Shown in pieces: positions 21,936 to 30,911 of a DNA stretch of 64,000 nt. Below the pieces are notes generated by a model. The model did not search any database. It had not been told where the DNA came from and saw only the letters and a program-made list of their open reading frames with translations. Location: positions 19,276 to 83,275 of the forward strand of contig JBBQWH010000002.1 of assembly GCA_038210785.1 (NCBI GenBank), in the 5' to 3' direction. The DNA comes from Sphingomonadales bacterium (GTDB lineage Bacteria; Pseudomonadota; Alphaproteobacteria; Sphingomonadales; Sphingomonadaceae). Made by a program: the position numbers and the translations under genes. How positions within the stretch are numbered: position 1 is the first letter of the stretch; the number at the start of each line of letters is the position of its first letter.

Positions 21936-23363
21936 AATGTCCGCTTTGAGGAGACCCCGGGCGCTTGCGAAATGGCTGGAAGTGGGTGGAAAGGGGAATG
22001 TCGGCTGTTTCCTCGTGGCAGGATGGCGCAAGACCAAACGAACGCCCTGACAGGCGTCTGTTATCTACCAAGGATCACAATTTTTCCGTCAGGGTAATCG
22101 AACAACACTGCTTTATCTCGAAAAAAGGGAACGCCCAAATATCCGTCGCCGCGTTGGCCGAGACTGCGAATTACCTCGACGTCGCCAACTGCTCGGAAGC
22201 TTGAAATTTCAAGGACCACCTCTTTTGCGCCAATATTTTGATTTACAATTCCGGCTCCATCAACGCTTTTCCCGAGAGCAGCGGGCTCTGTGTTGGGAAA
22301 CACTTCGCTCCACCTATTCTGCAAAACTCTCAGAAAGCTAGTGCTCCCAAGATCAACGCGCAAGTTTGCTTTTTGGCCATTGATCTGAGCTTCTACCGCT
22401 CCATCGACGACAGGCAATTTGACCATGTTCGGAGCATTGAAATTCAATGTTCCGCTTTGCGCGAAAAGGATACGGCTCCTGTTAGGATCAACGACATAGG
22501 AAATCTTGTCCAAGATATCGGCACCAATGATAATACCAATGTCTTTTCCAATTGCACTTGATACAGAAGCCAAATCAGCAGACCAAAAATTCGCTGTAGT
22601 CTTGAATTGTTGCGGCACTTGGAATTGAGCACAAACAGTGCGGTTTGTTGGTAATCGGCCAAAAGCCGTTGTCGCAAATCCTTGAGCATCGCTTACTGAA
22701 ATTTCGAGGTTATTTGCCAAGCTCCTATCAATAATAGTTGCATCCGAACCATTGTCGAGCAAGGCCCAAATCTCTTTCCCCTGAAGATTAACTCGAAGAA
22801 AAATGAGACCCGTTGAGAGATCAATGGTAGTGAATGTCAGTCCATTGGCATTTAAAAACGACAATTCCGCTTGCTGCTCTTCGAACGCATTATTTTCTAC
22901 ATTTGAAGGCTCTTTTGCATAAGCGTGCGTGCACAAAGCTACGCAAGCTAACATTAGCAAATTTGCGAATTTAAATTTCATAGGGGCCTCAAAACTTCCC
23001 AAGGTGAGCTTCTCTTTTTACTTCCGTAGTGTCATGTCTTTTGCGCGTATGGTCAGTATCAATTCGCTTCCAGCTGGGTCAAGACTACATGTCCGAAGGC
23101 TTATCAGATTCAGGCAGCTATGGGGTCGCTAGCTGAATGGCAGCTCTGGTCGGCGAATCTTCGGAAGCTGCCACTTCCCTTCCACAAGTGCGAGGCAAAT
23201 TTCCTACTGGCGAAATTCGTGGCATAGGCCGAGCATGTTTGCAGCTTTCGACACCATTATGGCGCTGACACCCCGTGTCCGTCCGCCTGCGCATTCCGCC
23301 CTTTTTCCACATATCTTCATTGATTTGATAAGATCAGGCAAAGCGGACAGGGTGTCCGCTTTG
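21936..23363. mobile_element. AT-rich single-gene cassette/islet between valS and queE, bracketed by related short repeats
   Basis: Abrupt composition shift. TGTCCGCTTTG occurs at 21938 and 23353. 33-nt imperfect direct repeats at 21974-22006 and 23113-23145. Confidence 0.55.
22061..22981 (-). CDS. Secreted tandem retropepsin-like aspartyl protease
   Basis: Signal peptide; ALLDNGSD...IIIGADIL and RVDLGS...GYLGVPFF double domain; atypical AT-rich codons. Confidence 0.78.
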   Translation of the reverse strand: MKFKFANLLMLACVALCTHAYAKEPSNVENNAFEEQQAELSFLNANGLTFTTIDLSTGLIFLRVNLQGKEIWALLDNGSDATIIDRSLANNLEISVSDAQGFATTAFGRLPTNRTVCAQFQVPQQFKTTANFWSADLASVSSAIGKDIGIIIGADILDKISYVVDPNRSRILFAQSGTLNFNAPNMVKLPVVDGAVEAQINGQKANLRVDLGSTSFLRVLQNRWSEVFPNTEPAALGKSVDGAGIVNQNIGAKEVVLEISSFRAVGDVEVIRSLGQRGDGYLGVPFFRDKAVLFDYPDGKIVILGR

Positions 23364-23386
23364 TCCGCATTTTGCGCGGTCCTGGC

Positions 23387-24133
23387 ATGAACCTCACCCT
23401 CGCCACCGACGACACCGGCGGGCCGGAGATCTTCGCTAGCCTGCAAGGCGAGGGGCCGAGCACCGGGACACCGGTCGCATTCGTGCGCCTGTCGCGCTGC
23501 AACCTTGCCTGCACGTGGTGCGACACCGCCTACACATGGCGGTTTGCCAATGAACAGGGGGGCGATAATCGGCCTCACCGCGATGGTATAGCATTCGATC
23601 GTAAGGCCAATCAGGTGACGCTCTCGCCTGCTGAAACCGCCGCGCGGATTGCCGAGCTGGGGCAAAGCCGTCTCGTCATCACCGGCGGCGAGCCATTGTT
23701 GCAGGCGGGCGGTCTGGCGGAGATGCTTGCGCACCTGCCTGATATCAGCGTCGAGATCGAAACCAATGGCACCGTCGCTGCGCCTGTACGGCTCGATATC
23801 CGGGTCGATCAGTACAATGTCAGCCCCAAGCTTGCGCATAGCGGCAACCCCGCCGATCTGGCGCTGATCGCCGAGCGGCTGGATGCCTATGCCGCTGATC
23901 CCCGCGCTTTCTTCAAATTCGTGATCGCCGCGCCCGAGGATGTGGCCGAAGTGCTGGAATTGCAACGCCGCTACCGCTTCGAGCCCGGCCAGGTGTTCCT
24001 GATGGCCGAAGGCACCGAAAGCGCGGCGCAGCGCGCAAGGCAGGCATGGCTCGCGCCGCTGTGTCTGGAGCACGGGTTCAGGATGAGCGACCGGCTGCAT
24101 ATCCACCTGTATGGTGACACGCGGGGGACGTGA
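23387..24133 (+). CDS. queE: 7-carboxy-7-deazaguanine synthase (radical SAM)
   Basis: EIFASLQGEG, CNLACTWCDT, ITGGEP, IETNGT, VSPK. Confidence 0.9.
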   Translation: MNLTLATDDTGGPEIFASLQGEGPSTGTPVAFVRLSRCNLACTWCDTAYTWRFANEQGGDNRPHRDGIAFDRKANQVTLSPAETAARIAELGQSRLVITGGEPLLQAGGLAEMLAHLPDISVEIETNGTVAAPVRLDIRVDQYNVSPKLAHSGNPADLALIAERLDAYAADPRAFFKFVIAAPEDVAEVLELQRRYRFEPGQVFLMAEGTESAAQRARQAWLAPLCLEHGFRMSDRLHIHLYGDTRGT

Positions 24134-24134
24134 T

Positions 24135-24374
24135 TTGTTTGCGTCCGCGCGTCCGCGCGGACGTCCTCGGCGCTGTTTCGCGCTACGCGCGAGCGCCTGC
24201 GGGCGGCCGGTCGGCCTTGCGGCCCGTCCGTTGGCGGGACGAGCCAGTTCTCTAGCGTGAGTGTGGCGATGAAACGGTCGCGAAGTGACCCCACGGCCGA
24301 CTGGCCGCCCGCAGCGACGCGACCTGTAGGTCGCATGAGCGAGGATTTCGCACCGCGGATGCGGTGCGGAACAC
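24135..24374. repeat. Inverted pair of structured intergenic repeat units
   Basis: Core CTGCGGGCGGCCGGTCGGCC at 24197 and an inverted copy at 24291-24314, each with a hairpin + TCCTCG + hairpin module. Confidence 0.75.
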
Positions 24375-24381
24375 AAGAACC

Positions 24382-26112
24382 CTACCCCTGGCTTCTCCAG
24401 CGCATCACCACGCGCTCGACCAGTTCCTGCTCACCGCCATCCTTGCTCCACAGCTCGACAAAGCTCGGGTCTTCGGAAGCCGGACGCTTGTGTTCTTCCA
24501 GATTGTCGAAAGCGACGCGGATCGGGATCGCCACGCCTTCGCCGCAGATGATGCATTCGCGGTTGCGCAGCGCCGGGATCGCATCGAGGAACCCGCGCGC
24601 GCCTTCGGGCATGGCAGCGCGCACGAAGGCCTGATCGCGGTCATTGTTGAGGCGCATTGCGATGATCGTGCCGCACTGCGACAGCACGCCTTCGGCAAGA
24701 TCCGATGGGCGCTGCGTGATCAGGCCAAGGCTGATCCCGTATTTGCGGCCTTCCTTGGCGATCCGGCTGAGGATCTTGCCGACCGACGAGCCATCGGCGT
24801 TCTTCTCGTTGGGCACGTAACGGTGGGCTTCCTCGCATACAAGCAGCACGGGCCGGGTCTTTTCCTCGCGCCCCCAGATTGCAAAATCGAACACCAGGCG
24901 GCTGAGTACCGCCACCACGGTTGAGGTGATGTCCGACGGCACGCCCGAAACATCGATGATCGAGATCGGCTTGCCGTTGCCGGGCATGCGGAACACCTTG
25001 CTGATGAAGTCGACCATCGTGTCGCCCACCAGCAAGCCCGAAAACAGGAACTGATAGCGCGGATCGGCCTTCAACTCGTCGAGCTTGCCCTTGATCCGCA
25101 TGTAGGGCGCAGACGAGGTCGCCTTGTCGAGCTTGCCCATCTCGTCCTGCAGGATGTTGCCGAAATCGGACAACAGGTAGGGGATTGGCGAATCCACCGT
25201 GATCTTGCCCATCGTCTGCGCCAGCCGATTCCTGGAGCGCGCGGCGAGCAGGCACTTGGCGAGAATATCGGCATCGACCTGGCGATCATTGCCGCTGCCG
25301 GTCAGCAGCACCTCGCAATGCTCCTCGAAGTTCATCAGCCAGTAGGGCATCTGCAGGTTGGAGACGTCGAGGATCTGCCCGATCTGGCGGAACGCGGCGG
25401 AGTATTCGCCGTGCGGGTCGATCATCACGATATGACCTTTGGGCGCAGCCTCGCAGATGCGGTGCAGGATCAGCGCCGCGCTGGTGGATTTGCCGGTCCC
25501 GGTCGAACCGAGCAGCGCGAAATGCTTGCCCAGCATCGCATCGATATACAGCCCGGCGCGGATGTCCTTGGTCGGGAACACCTTGCCGATGGTGATGCTG
25601 GCGCGGCCATCGCTGGCGTAGATCTGTTCAAGATCGCGGGTGGTGGCAGGATAGATCATCGCGCCAGGGATCGGATAGCGAGTGACCCCGCGCTTGAACC
25701 CGTGGATGCGCCCGGTCAGCTTTTCCTCGCCGCCTTCGCCGAGGAAGTCGATATTGGCGATGATCCCGCCATCGCTGCGGCGGTCCTTGCGTTGGTCGCG
25801 CACGTTGGCGAGCAGCCAGGCATCGCCGACCCGGATTTTGATCTGGCTGCCGACCTGTCCGGCAAGCGCGATCGAGGGATCGTCATCCTTCATGCATTCG
25901 TTCAGGCGTTGCAGATCGAGCGCAATCTGCGAGCCCGAGCCCGAAATTTCGAGCACCACGCCGATCGGCAGTCGCGCATTGCCAGGGCCCCGCACTTGCG
26001 CCGCAGGATAGTCTTCGGCGACGCCCGAGCCCGGACCGGTGTTGGCGTCGGTGCTGGGACCGGTGCCCGGCCCGGTGACGCGCTCGAAATCCTGCCTGAC
26101 GTAATCGGTCAT
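24382..26112 (-). CDS. HerA/DUF87-family P-loop ATPase
   Basis: N-terminal HAS-barrel-like region, KHFALLGSTGTGKS, IDPHGEY, LLVCEEAH, IAKEGRKYG, ITQRPS. Confidence 0.88.
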   Translation of the reverse strand: MTDYVRQDFERVTGPGTGPSTDANTGPGSGVAEDYPAAQVRGPGNARLPIGVVLEISGSGSQIALDLQRLNECMKDDDPSIALAGQVGSQIKIRVGDAWLLANVRDQRKDRRSDGGIIANIDFLGEGGEEKLTGRIHGFKRGVTRYPIPGAMIYPATTRDLEQIYASDGRASITIGKVFPTKDIRAGLYIDAMLGKHFALLGSTGTGKSTSAALILHRICEAAPKGHIVMIDPHGEYSAAFRQIGQILDVSNLQMPYWLMNFEEHCEVLLTGSGNDRQVDADILAKCLLAARSRNRLAQTMGKITVDSPIPYLLSDFGNILQDEMGKLDKATSSAPYMRIKGKLDELKADPRYQFLFSGLLVGDTMVDFISKVFRMPGNGKPISIIDVSGVPSDITSTVVAVLSRLVFDFAIWGREEKTRPVLLVCEEAHRYVPNEKNADGSSVGKILSRIAKEGRKYGISLGLITQRPSDLAEGVLSQCGTIIAMRLNNDRDQAFVRAAMPEGARGFLDAIPALRNRECIICGEGVAIPIRVAFDNLEEHKRPASEDPSFVELWSKDGGEQELVERVVMRWRSQG

Positions 26113-26166
26113 CTGCGCCCTTCCGTGCATCGCATGGGTTACCGGCGAGGGGATAGGTCGGGTTCG

Positions 26167-26182
26167 GTTAAGATCGGGTCAA
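26167..26182 (-). promoter_or_regulatory. CtrA-like box upstream of the HerA-like gene
   Basis: Minus strand TTGA-N7-TTAAC, one mismatch to TTAA-N7-TTAAC. Confidence 0.4.
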
Positions 26183-26263
26183 CATTGCTGGACTTGGCGG
26201 GCAGCGGGGCGATACGCCGGCGCCGCCCTGCGCCGCGAAATCCGCGCTATCAAACCCGCGCTG

Positions 26264-27043
26264 TCAGACCCGGGCGAACGAGCGTCCGGCCAGCCAGCCC
26301 ATGCCGAGCGACAGCGCAATCGCGCCCAGCCCGTAGAGCACCGACCAGCGCTGCGATGCGGCGACGACCTGGCCTTCGAGACCGGCCTTGACCACCTCGA
26401 TCCGCGCGGTCGCGCTCGTCAGCACCCGGCCGCGCGCGATGGCGAAGGTTTCCGCCGTGTAGCGCCCGGTGGTGACGTTGGATGGCAGATCGATGCTCGC
26501 CTGATACAGCACCTTCTCGCTGATCAGCACCCCGCCCGGGTTCTCCTGATACAGCCCCTGGCGCCGCCGCAGTTCAACCAGCCCGCGGGCAAAGCGCAGC
26601 TGTTCCTCGGGGTCGATCTGGCCGGACGGCGAAAGCTGGATGAAATCGGTACCAAGTTCGTAGATCGCCGCGGTGCGTTCATCGACGATATCGCCAACCG
26701 GGCGCGACGAGGCGACCGCGAAAAACGCCGGTGCCGAGCGGAAATCGCTCGATTCGGCATTCATCCAGATGCCCGCAAAGCGCTCCTTCTCGCGGATGCG
26801 CACTGGCTCGGTCGGGCCTTTCAGCACCACGATGATATCATAGTCTCCGGTCCGCCCGGCCCCCGCCGGATCGATCACCGCGCCGTAAAGCAGTAGGCGC
26901 GCACCGGTGAAGCCCTGTCTCACCTCGATCCGCGACTGGCTGACGGCGGGCACCAGCACCGGCTCGCGCTGAGCCAGCGCCGGGGGGGCAAAAAGCGCTG
27001 CCCACCCAAGCAGCAGGATCGCCAGCCGCGCGGCAAAAGTCAC
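26264..27043 (-). CDS. TIGR02186 family membrane protein
   Basis: FTGARLLLYGA, REKERFAGIWMN, C-terminal TM; the usual partner of TauE/SafE; GTG start inferred. Confidence 0.82.
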   Translation of the reverse strand: MTFAARLAILLLGWAALFAPPALAQREPVLVPAVSQSRIEVRQGFTGARLLLYGAVIDPAGAGRTGDYDIIVVLKGPTEPVRIREKERFAGIWMNAESSDFRSAPAFFAVASSRPVGDIVDERTAAIYELGTDFIQLSPSGQIDPEEQLRFARGLVELRRRQGLYQENPGGVLISEKVLYQASIDLPSNVTTGRYTAETFAIARGRVLTSATARIEVVKAGLEGQVVAASQRWSVLYGLGAIALSLGMGWLAGRSFARV

Positions 27044-27068
27044 CTCGCCTGCCTCGTAGGCCTGATCG

Positions 27069-27986
27069 TCATAACGGCACCACGGTATAGATCTCGTCAG
27101 GCTGCACGCCGAGGCTGTAGAGCATCCGCAGCGCAATCAGCAGCACCAGCGTGGCCAGCGCCAGCCGCAGATATTCGGGCCGCGCCTTCAAGGCGATCTG
27201 GGTGCCGAACTGCGCGCCCAGCACCGATCCCAGCAGCAGCAGCGCGGCCAGCACCAGATCGACCGCCTTGGTGGTGACCGCATGGGTCATAGTCGTCACC
27301 ATCGTCACGAACAGGATCTGGAACAGCGATGTGCCAACCACGACATTGCCGCTCATGCCTAGGATATACAGCATCGCCGGCACCAGTAGAAACCCGCCGC
27401 CGACCCCCATCAGCATGGTCAGGATGCCGACCAGCATGCCGAGGATCATCGGCGCCAGCGGAGAGATGTAAAGGCCCGACGCGTAGAACCGCCAGCGATA
27501 GGGAAGGCTGGCGACCAGCGGGTGATGGCGGCGCTTCTTCATCGGCGCGCCCGCTTTGCCGAGCAGCGAGGGCCGCAGCGCGCCCACCGCCTCGCGCATC
27601 ATCAGCGTGCCGATCGAGCCGAGCATCACAACATAGAGAATGCTGATGACGACATCGATCTGCCCAAGCGATTGCAGCACGCTGAACAATACCGCTCCGA
27701 TCAGCGCGCCGACAACCCCGCCGCCGACCATCACCCCGCCCATGCGGTAATCGACCCCCTTGCGGCGCGAATGGGCGAGCACGCCGGAAACGCTCGCGCC
27801 GGTCACCTGCGTTGCTGCCGAGGCAGCCGCGACTGTCGGGGGAATGCCGTAGAAGATCAGCAGCGGCGTCGTCAGAAACCCGCCGCCGACCCCGAACAGG
27901 CCCGACAGGATCCCGGTCAGGCCGCCCAGCAGGACGATGTAAAGGCCGTTGACCGACAGATTCGCGATGGGAAGGTAGACGTCCAT
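27069..27986 (-). CDS. TauE/SafE (sulfite exporter-like) membrane protein
   Basis: MDVYLPIA, SGLFGVGGGFLTTP, MGVGGGFLLVP, GTSLFQI. Confidence 0.9.
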   Translation of the reverse strand: MDVYLPIANLSVNGLYIVLLGGLTGILSGLFGVGGGFLTTPLLIFYGIPPTVAAASAATQVTGASVSGVLAHSRRKGVDYRMGGVMVGGGVVGALIGAVLFSVLQSLGQIDVVISILYVVMLGSIGTLMMREAVGALRPSLLGKAGAPMKKRRHHPLVASLPYRWRFYASGLYISPLAPMILGMLVGILTMLMGVGGGFLLVPAMLYILGMSGNVVVGTSLFQILFVTMVTTMTHAVTTKAVDLVLAALLLLGSVLGAQFGTQIALKARPEYLRLALATLVLLIALRMLYSLGVQPDEIYTVVPL

Positions 27987-28090
27987 GGCGAGGGATTAGA
28001 CCAGCGCGGGAAGCGATGAAAGCCGAAGGGTGCGTGTTGTTGTTGGCGGGTGCGCCAGCGTGCGCCGCAGACATCGAAGGTGGCCCGCAA

Positions 28091-29314
28091 TCAAAATCCC
28101 GTCGAGAGCGTCGCCGCAACACCCGAATCCGGGGCCGCATCGCCGCCCACGCGCTCGCGCCAATCGACCGATAGGCGGGCTGGCACCCGTCCGATGAGGA
28201 GGTCGAGCCGCATGGTCGGCCCGATGTCGATGCGCTGTGCATCCTCCTGCGCGCCGCCCCACGCCGCCGCCCCGAAGCTGAACCGCACACGGTTGCCCGT
28301 AAGCCTCGAGATCTGGCGCAGTTCGCGGGTGATACCCGCCTGACCGTCGACAAACGCGGTCGCGCCCGGCCCGCCGACCCAGCCCGCCTGCGCGTAGAAT
28401 TCAAGCTGCGCGCCAAGCGGCAGCGCCGCCGGAGGCAGTTCGGTCACGGCATAGGCGGCGGGGCGTAAGCCATTGCTGAACGCGCCGTCGGTGTAGCGAA
28501 GCTCGCCTGCCAAGCGCACCGGAACCCGCCCGATTGGCCGTGCCGATGCGCCTAGCGCCGCCTCGCTCTCCCCGCGCTGCAACAGCGCACGGTAGGCGCG
28601 GACATAGAGCCGCGGATCGCGCGCCGCGTCCGGCGCAAGGCGATATTGCAGCACCGCGCCAGCTTGGCTCGCCCCGTAGATCGGCACCCGCCCCTGCGAC
28701 ACCGGGGCGGCATCCGAGCCCTGCCGCCAGAACGCCCAGCCATCGACCGACCAGCGTCCGCCCGTTGCGCGTGCAGATGCCGGTGCAGCGCCGGGGCCGG
28801 GGCTTGGGTTTGGGCCAGTGCCGGAGCTTGGGCCGGGGCTACGGCCGGGGCCTGGATCGGGGGCGGGGGCGGGGGCGGGCAGAAACGGCGGCGCACTGGG
28901 CCTCCGCGGAGCGAGCGACCACGGAACGATCCGCCGCGGATCGCGCGCCGACGGAGCGGGCGGCCGCCGAACGAGCAGCGCGGTATAAGGGACAAGCTGA
29001 GGCGCCGCTACAGGCTGCGGCTCAAACCGCGCGGCAAACTCGCGGCCGAGCGTCCGTCCCGGCGGTAAGGAAGGCAGCGCTTGCGGCCTGAGGCTCGCCT
29101 CGCGCAATCGCGGCTGCGCTGGCACAGCCTGACCGGCTGAACGCAACGGAGCCAGGGTCGGGCCTGCGACAAGTGGCAGATCGAGCGCCGACCCAGCCGG
29201 GGCAAACGGGTTATCCCACATTACCGCGCGCGCCGCGCTCCATCCGGAGACCAGCAGCACAAGCATGATAAGCGGCCCACCGCGCCGATGCAGAGTTGCT
29301 GTTCGCGCGGTCAT
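28091..29314 (-). CDS. Hypothetical protein: Pro-rich N-terminal half plus putative C-terminal beta-barrel (NfrA-like position)
   Basis: ATGA overlap with the GT gene. Amphipathic strands (YGASQAGAVLQY, YAQAGWV, LSVDWR), ending in Phe (LSTGF). Confidence 0.65.
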   Translation of the reverse strand: MTARTATLHRRGGPLIMLVLLVSGWSAARAVMWDNPFAPAGSALDLPLVAGPTLAPLRSAGQAVPAQPRLREASLRPQALPSLPPGRTLGREFAARFEPQPVAAPQLVPYTALLVRRPPAPSARDPRRIVPWSLAPRRPSAPPFLPAPAPAPDPGPGRSPGPSSGTGPNPSPGPGAAPASARATGGRWSVDGWAFWRQGSDAAPVSQGRVPIYGASQAGAVLQYRLAPDAARDPRLYVRAYRALLQRGESEAALGASARPIGRVPVRLAGELRYTDGAFSNGLRPAAYAVTELPPAALPLGAQLEFYAQAGWVGGPGATAFVDGQAGITRELRQISRLTGNRVRFSFGAAAWGGAQEDAQRIDIGPTMRLDLLIGRVPARLSVDWRERVGGDAAPDSGVAATLSTGF

Positions 29315-30786
29315 GGTGCCACCGCGCCGGCAGGGGCATATGGGGCTGAAGTGAATGGGGCAGCGCCCAATTGGACAGGACTTTGGAAGGTCGCGCCGAA
29401 CTGGACGGGATGCGCGTCGTGCTCGGTCTTGTCCCAAACGGCCGTGCGCCCTGCGAGCGTGCGAACATAGACAAACACCGCGCGCCGCCCGGCGATGATC
29501 GCGACGACATTGGCAAGCGGCAGGCGCAGCACTGCAAAAAGGCCTTCGCGCACACCGTATTCGCGCGTCGTAAAGGCAAAGCGCAACGCGATCCGCCAGG
29601 CAAAAGCCATCACATTGGCGACCAGCACCGCGCCAAGCAGCGGGGTCAGCGGCGCAGGCTCGGCCAGGCCGGAGGCGACGGCCACTCCCATGATTCCGGT
29701 CAGCACCACCAGCACATATCCGGCCAGCAGCACCAGCGCGGTCAACGGTCCGCGCCGGTCGCGCGCTCGCATCCATGTTTCGGTTGCCCCGCCGGCCCAG
29801 CCGACCCGGTCCCACCCGAGCAGAGCAATGCCCAGCACCCAGCGGCTTTTCTGCCGAAGCGCAGTCTCGAGGCGGTGCGGGAAGAAGGCCCGGGTAGCGA
29901 TCAACCGCCCGTCCTGACCGCGCGCCCGCACAAACCGGCAGCGCCCGCCCGCGTCGGCTATCGCAAGGCCGAGTTCGTAATCTTCGGTCAGCGAATCGCT
30001 GGCGAAGGGCTGGCCATCGAAGCGGCGGGCGACCAGCCGATCAAGCGCCTGACGCGACGCGGCGCAGCCCACTCCTGCTCCCGGCAGACCCGCGCCCAAC
30101 GCATCGCGCACCACCAACGCCTTGCCGTGGGCCTCGGCAAATTCCTCGCAATAATGGCTGCCGATGTGCCGCGCGAGCCAGCCGCGGCCTTGCGGGACCA
30201 GCGGCTCGACCGGCAATTGCACAAAGTCTGCCCCGCCCGCGATGAACTCGTCGAGCAGGCCGAGCGCCGCAGGATCGACCATGTCCTCGGCATCGTGAAA
30301 CACCACGCTGGCAAAGCGCCGACCCGAACGCTCCTCGTCGAGCGCAATCGCGGCGTAAAGGCGGTTAAGGCAATCAGCCTTGGTGGTCGGCCCGTCGCGG
30401 TCATGAACGACGAGGCGGACGCGCGGATCGCCATGCGCCGCAGCGATCCCTGCGCTCAAGGTCGCCGGATCGTTGCGATAGCACCCGATATACAGGCTCA
30501 AGCCCGATTGCGGCCAGGCTGCGAGCAAATGGCGTATGGTCTGGCCGATCACCGCGGCTTCCTGCCAAGCCGGGATCAGCACCGCAGCCGGGCCAGACAG
30601 TGTGCGATGCTGGAGCGCGGGGCGGCTGCGCTGCGCCGTATCGGCCCGCCCAGTCACCTTAAGCCACAGCCACACCCCGTCGACCGCAAGATCATCGAGC
30701 GCGCCGATCAGGAAGAACATTCCGGCAAACAGCAATAGTTCATGCTGTAGCAGTGCAAGGCACTGCCACAAATAAGGCTGCGTCAT
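29311..30786 (-). CDS. NfrB-like GT2 glycosyltransferase
   Basis: IPAWQEA, GPTTKADCLN, HDAED, VQLPV, EFAEAHGK, SLTEDY, RQKSRW, WDKTEH. Confidence 0.85.
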   Translation of the reverse strand: MTQPYLWQCLALLQHELLLFAGMFFLIGALDDLAVDGVWLWLKVTGRADTAQRSRPALQHRTLSGPAAVLIPAWQEAAVIGQTIRHLLAAWPQSGLSLYIGCYRNDPATLSAGIAAAHGDPRVRLVVHDRDGPTTKADCLNRLYAAIALDEERSGRRFASVVFHDAEDMVDPAALGLLDEFIAGGADFVQLPVEPLVPQGRGWLARHIGSHYCEEFAEAHGKALVVRDALGAGLPGAGVGCAASRQALDRLVARRFDGQPFASDSLTEDYELGLAIADAGGRCRFVRARGQDGRLIATRAFFPHRLETALRQKSRWVLGIALLGWDRVGWAGGATETWMRARDRRGPLTALVLLAGYVLVVLTGIMGVAVASGLAEPAPLTPLLGAVLVANVMAFAWRIALRFAFTTREYGVREGLFAVLRLPLANVVAIIAGRRAVFVYVRTLAGRTAVWDKTEHDAHPVQFGATFQSPVQLGAAPFTSAPYAPAGAVAP

Positions 30787-30864
30787 GGACAAGGCGACCC
30801 CCTCTCACAAGGCAATCACGGTATTACATGGCCTTGGCCCCTGCGCAACAGGCTAAATTATTTT

Positions 30865-30880
30865 GATAATTTAAATTATC
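30865..30880. promoter_or_regulatory. Perfect 16-bp AT-rich palindrome upstream of the GT gene
   Basis: GATAATTTAAATTATC. Confidence 0.45.
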
Positions 30881-30911
30881 TTAATTCTGCTTACGCGTAA
30901 CGCGACAATGC

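Noticed and set aside
23280-23386. preQ1 riboswitch upstream of queE
   Set aside because: No small stem plus A-rich tail consensus; the palindrome there matches the cassette repeat family instead
23387-26112. queE + HerA as a deazaguanine DNA-modification or defence system (Dpd/Qat-like)
   Set aside because: The genes are convergent and host-like in composition, with no dpdA, queC, TatD or nuclease nearby
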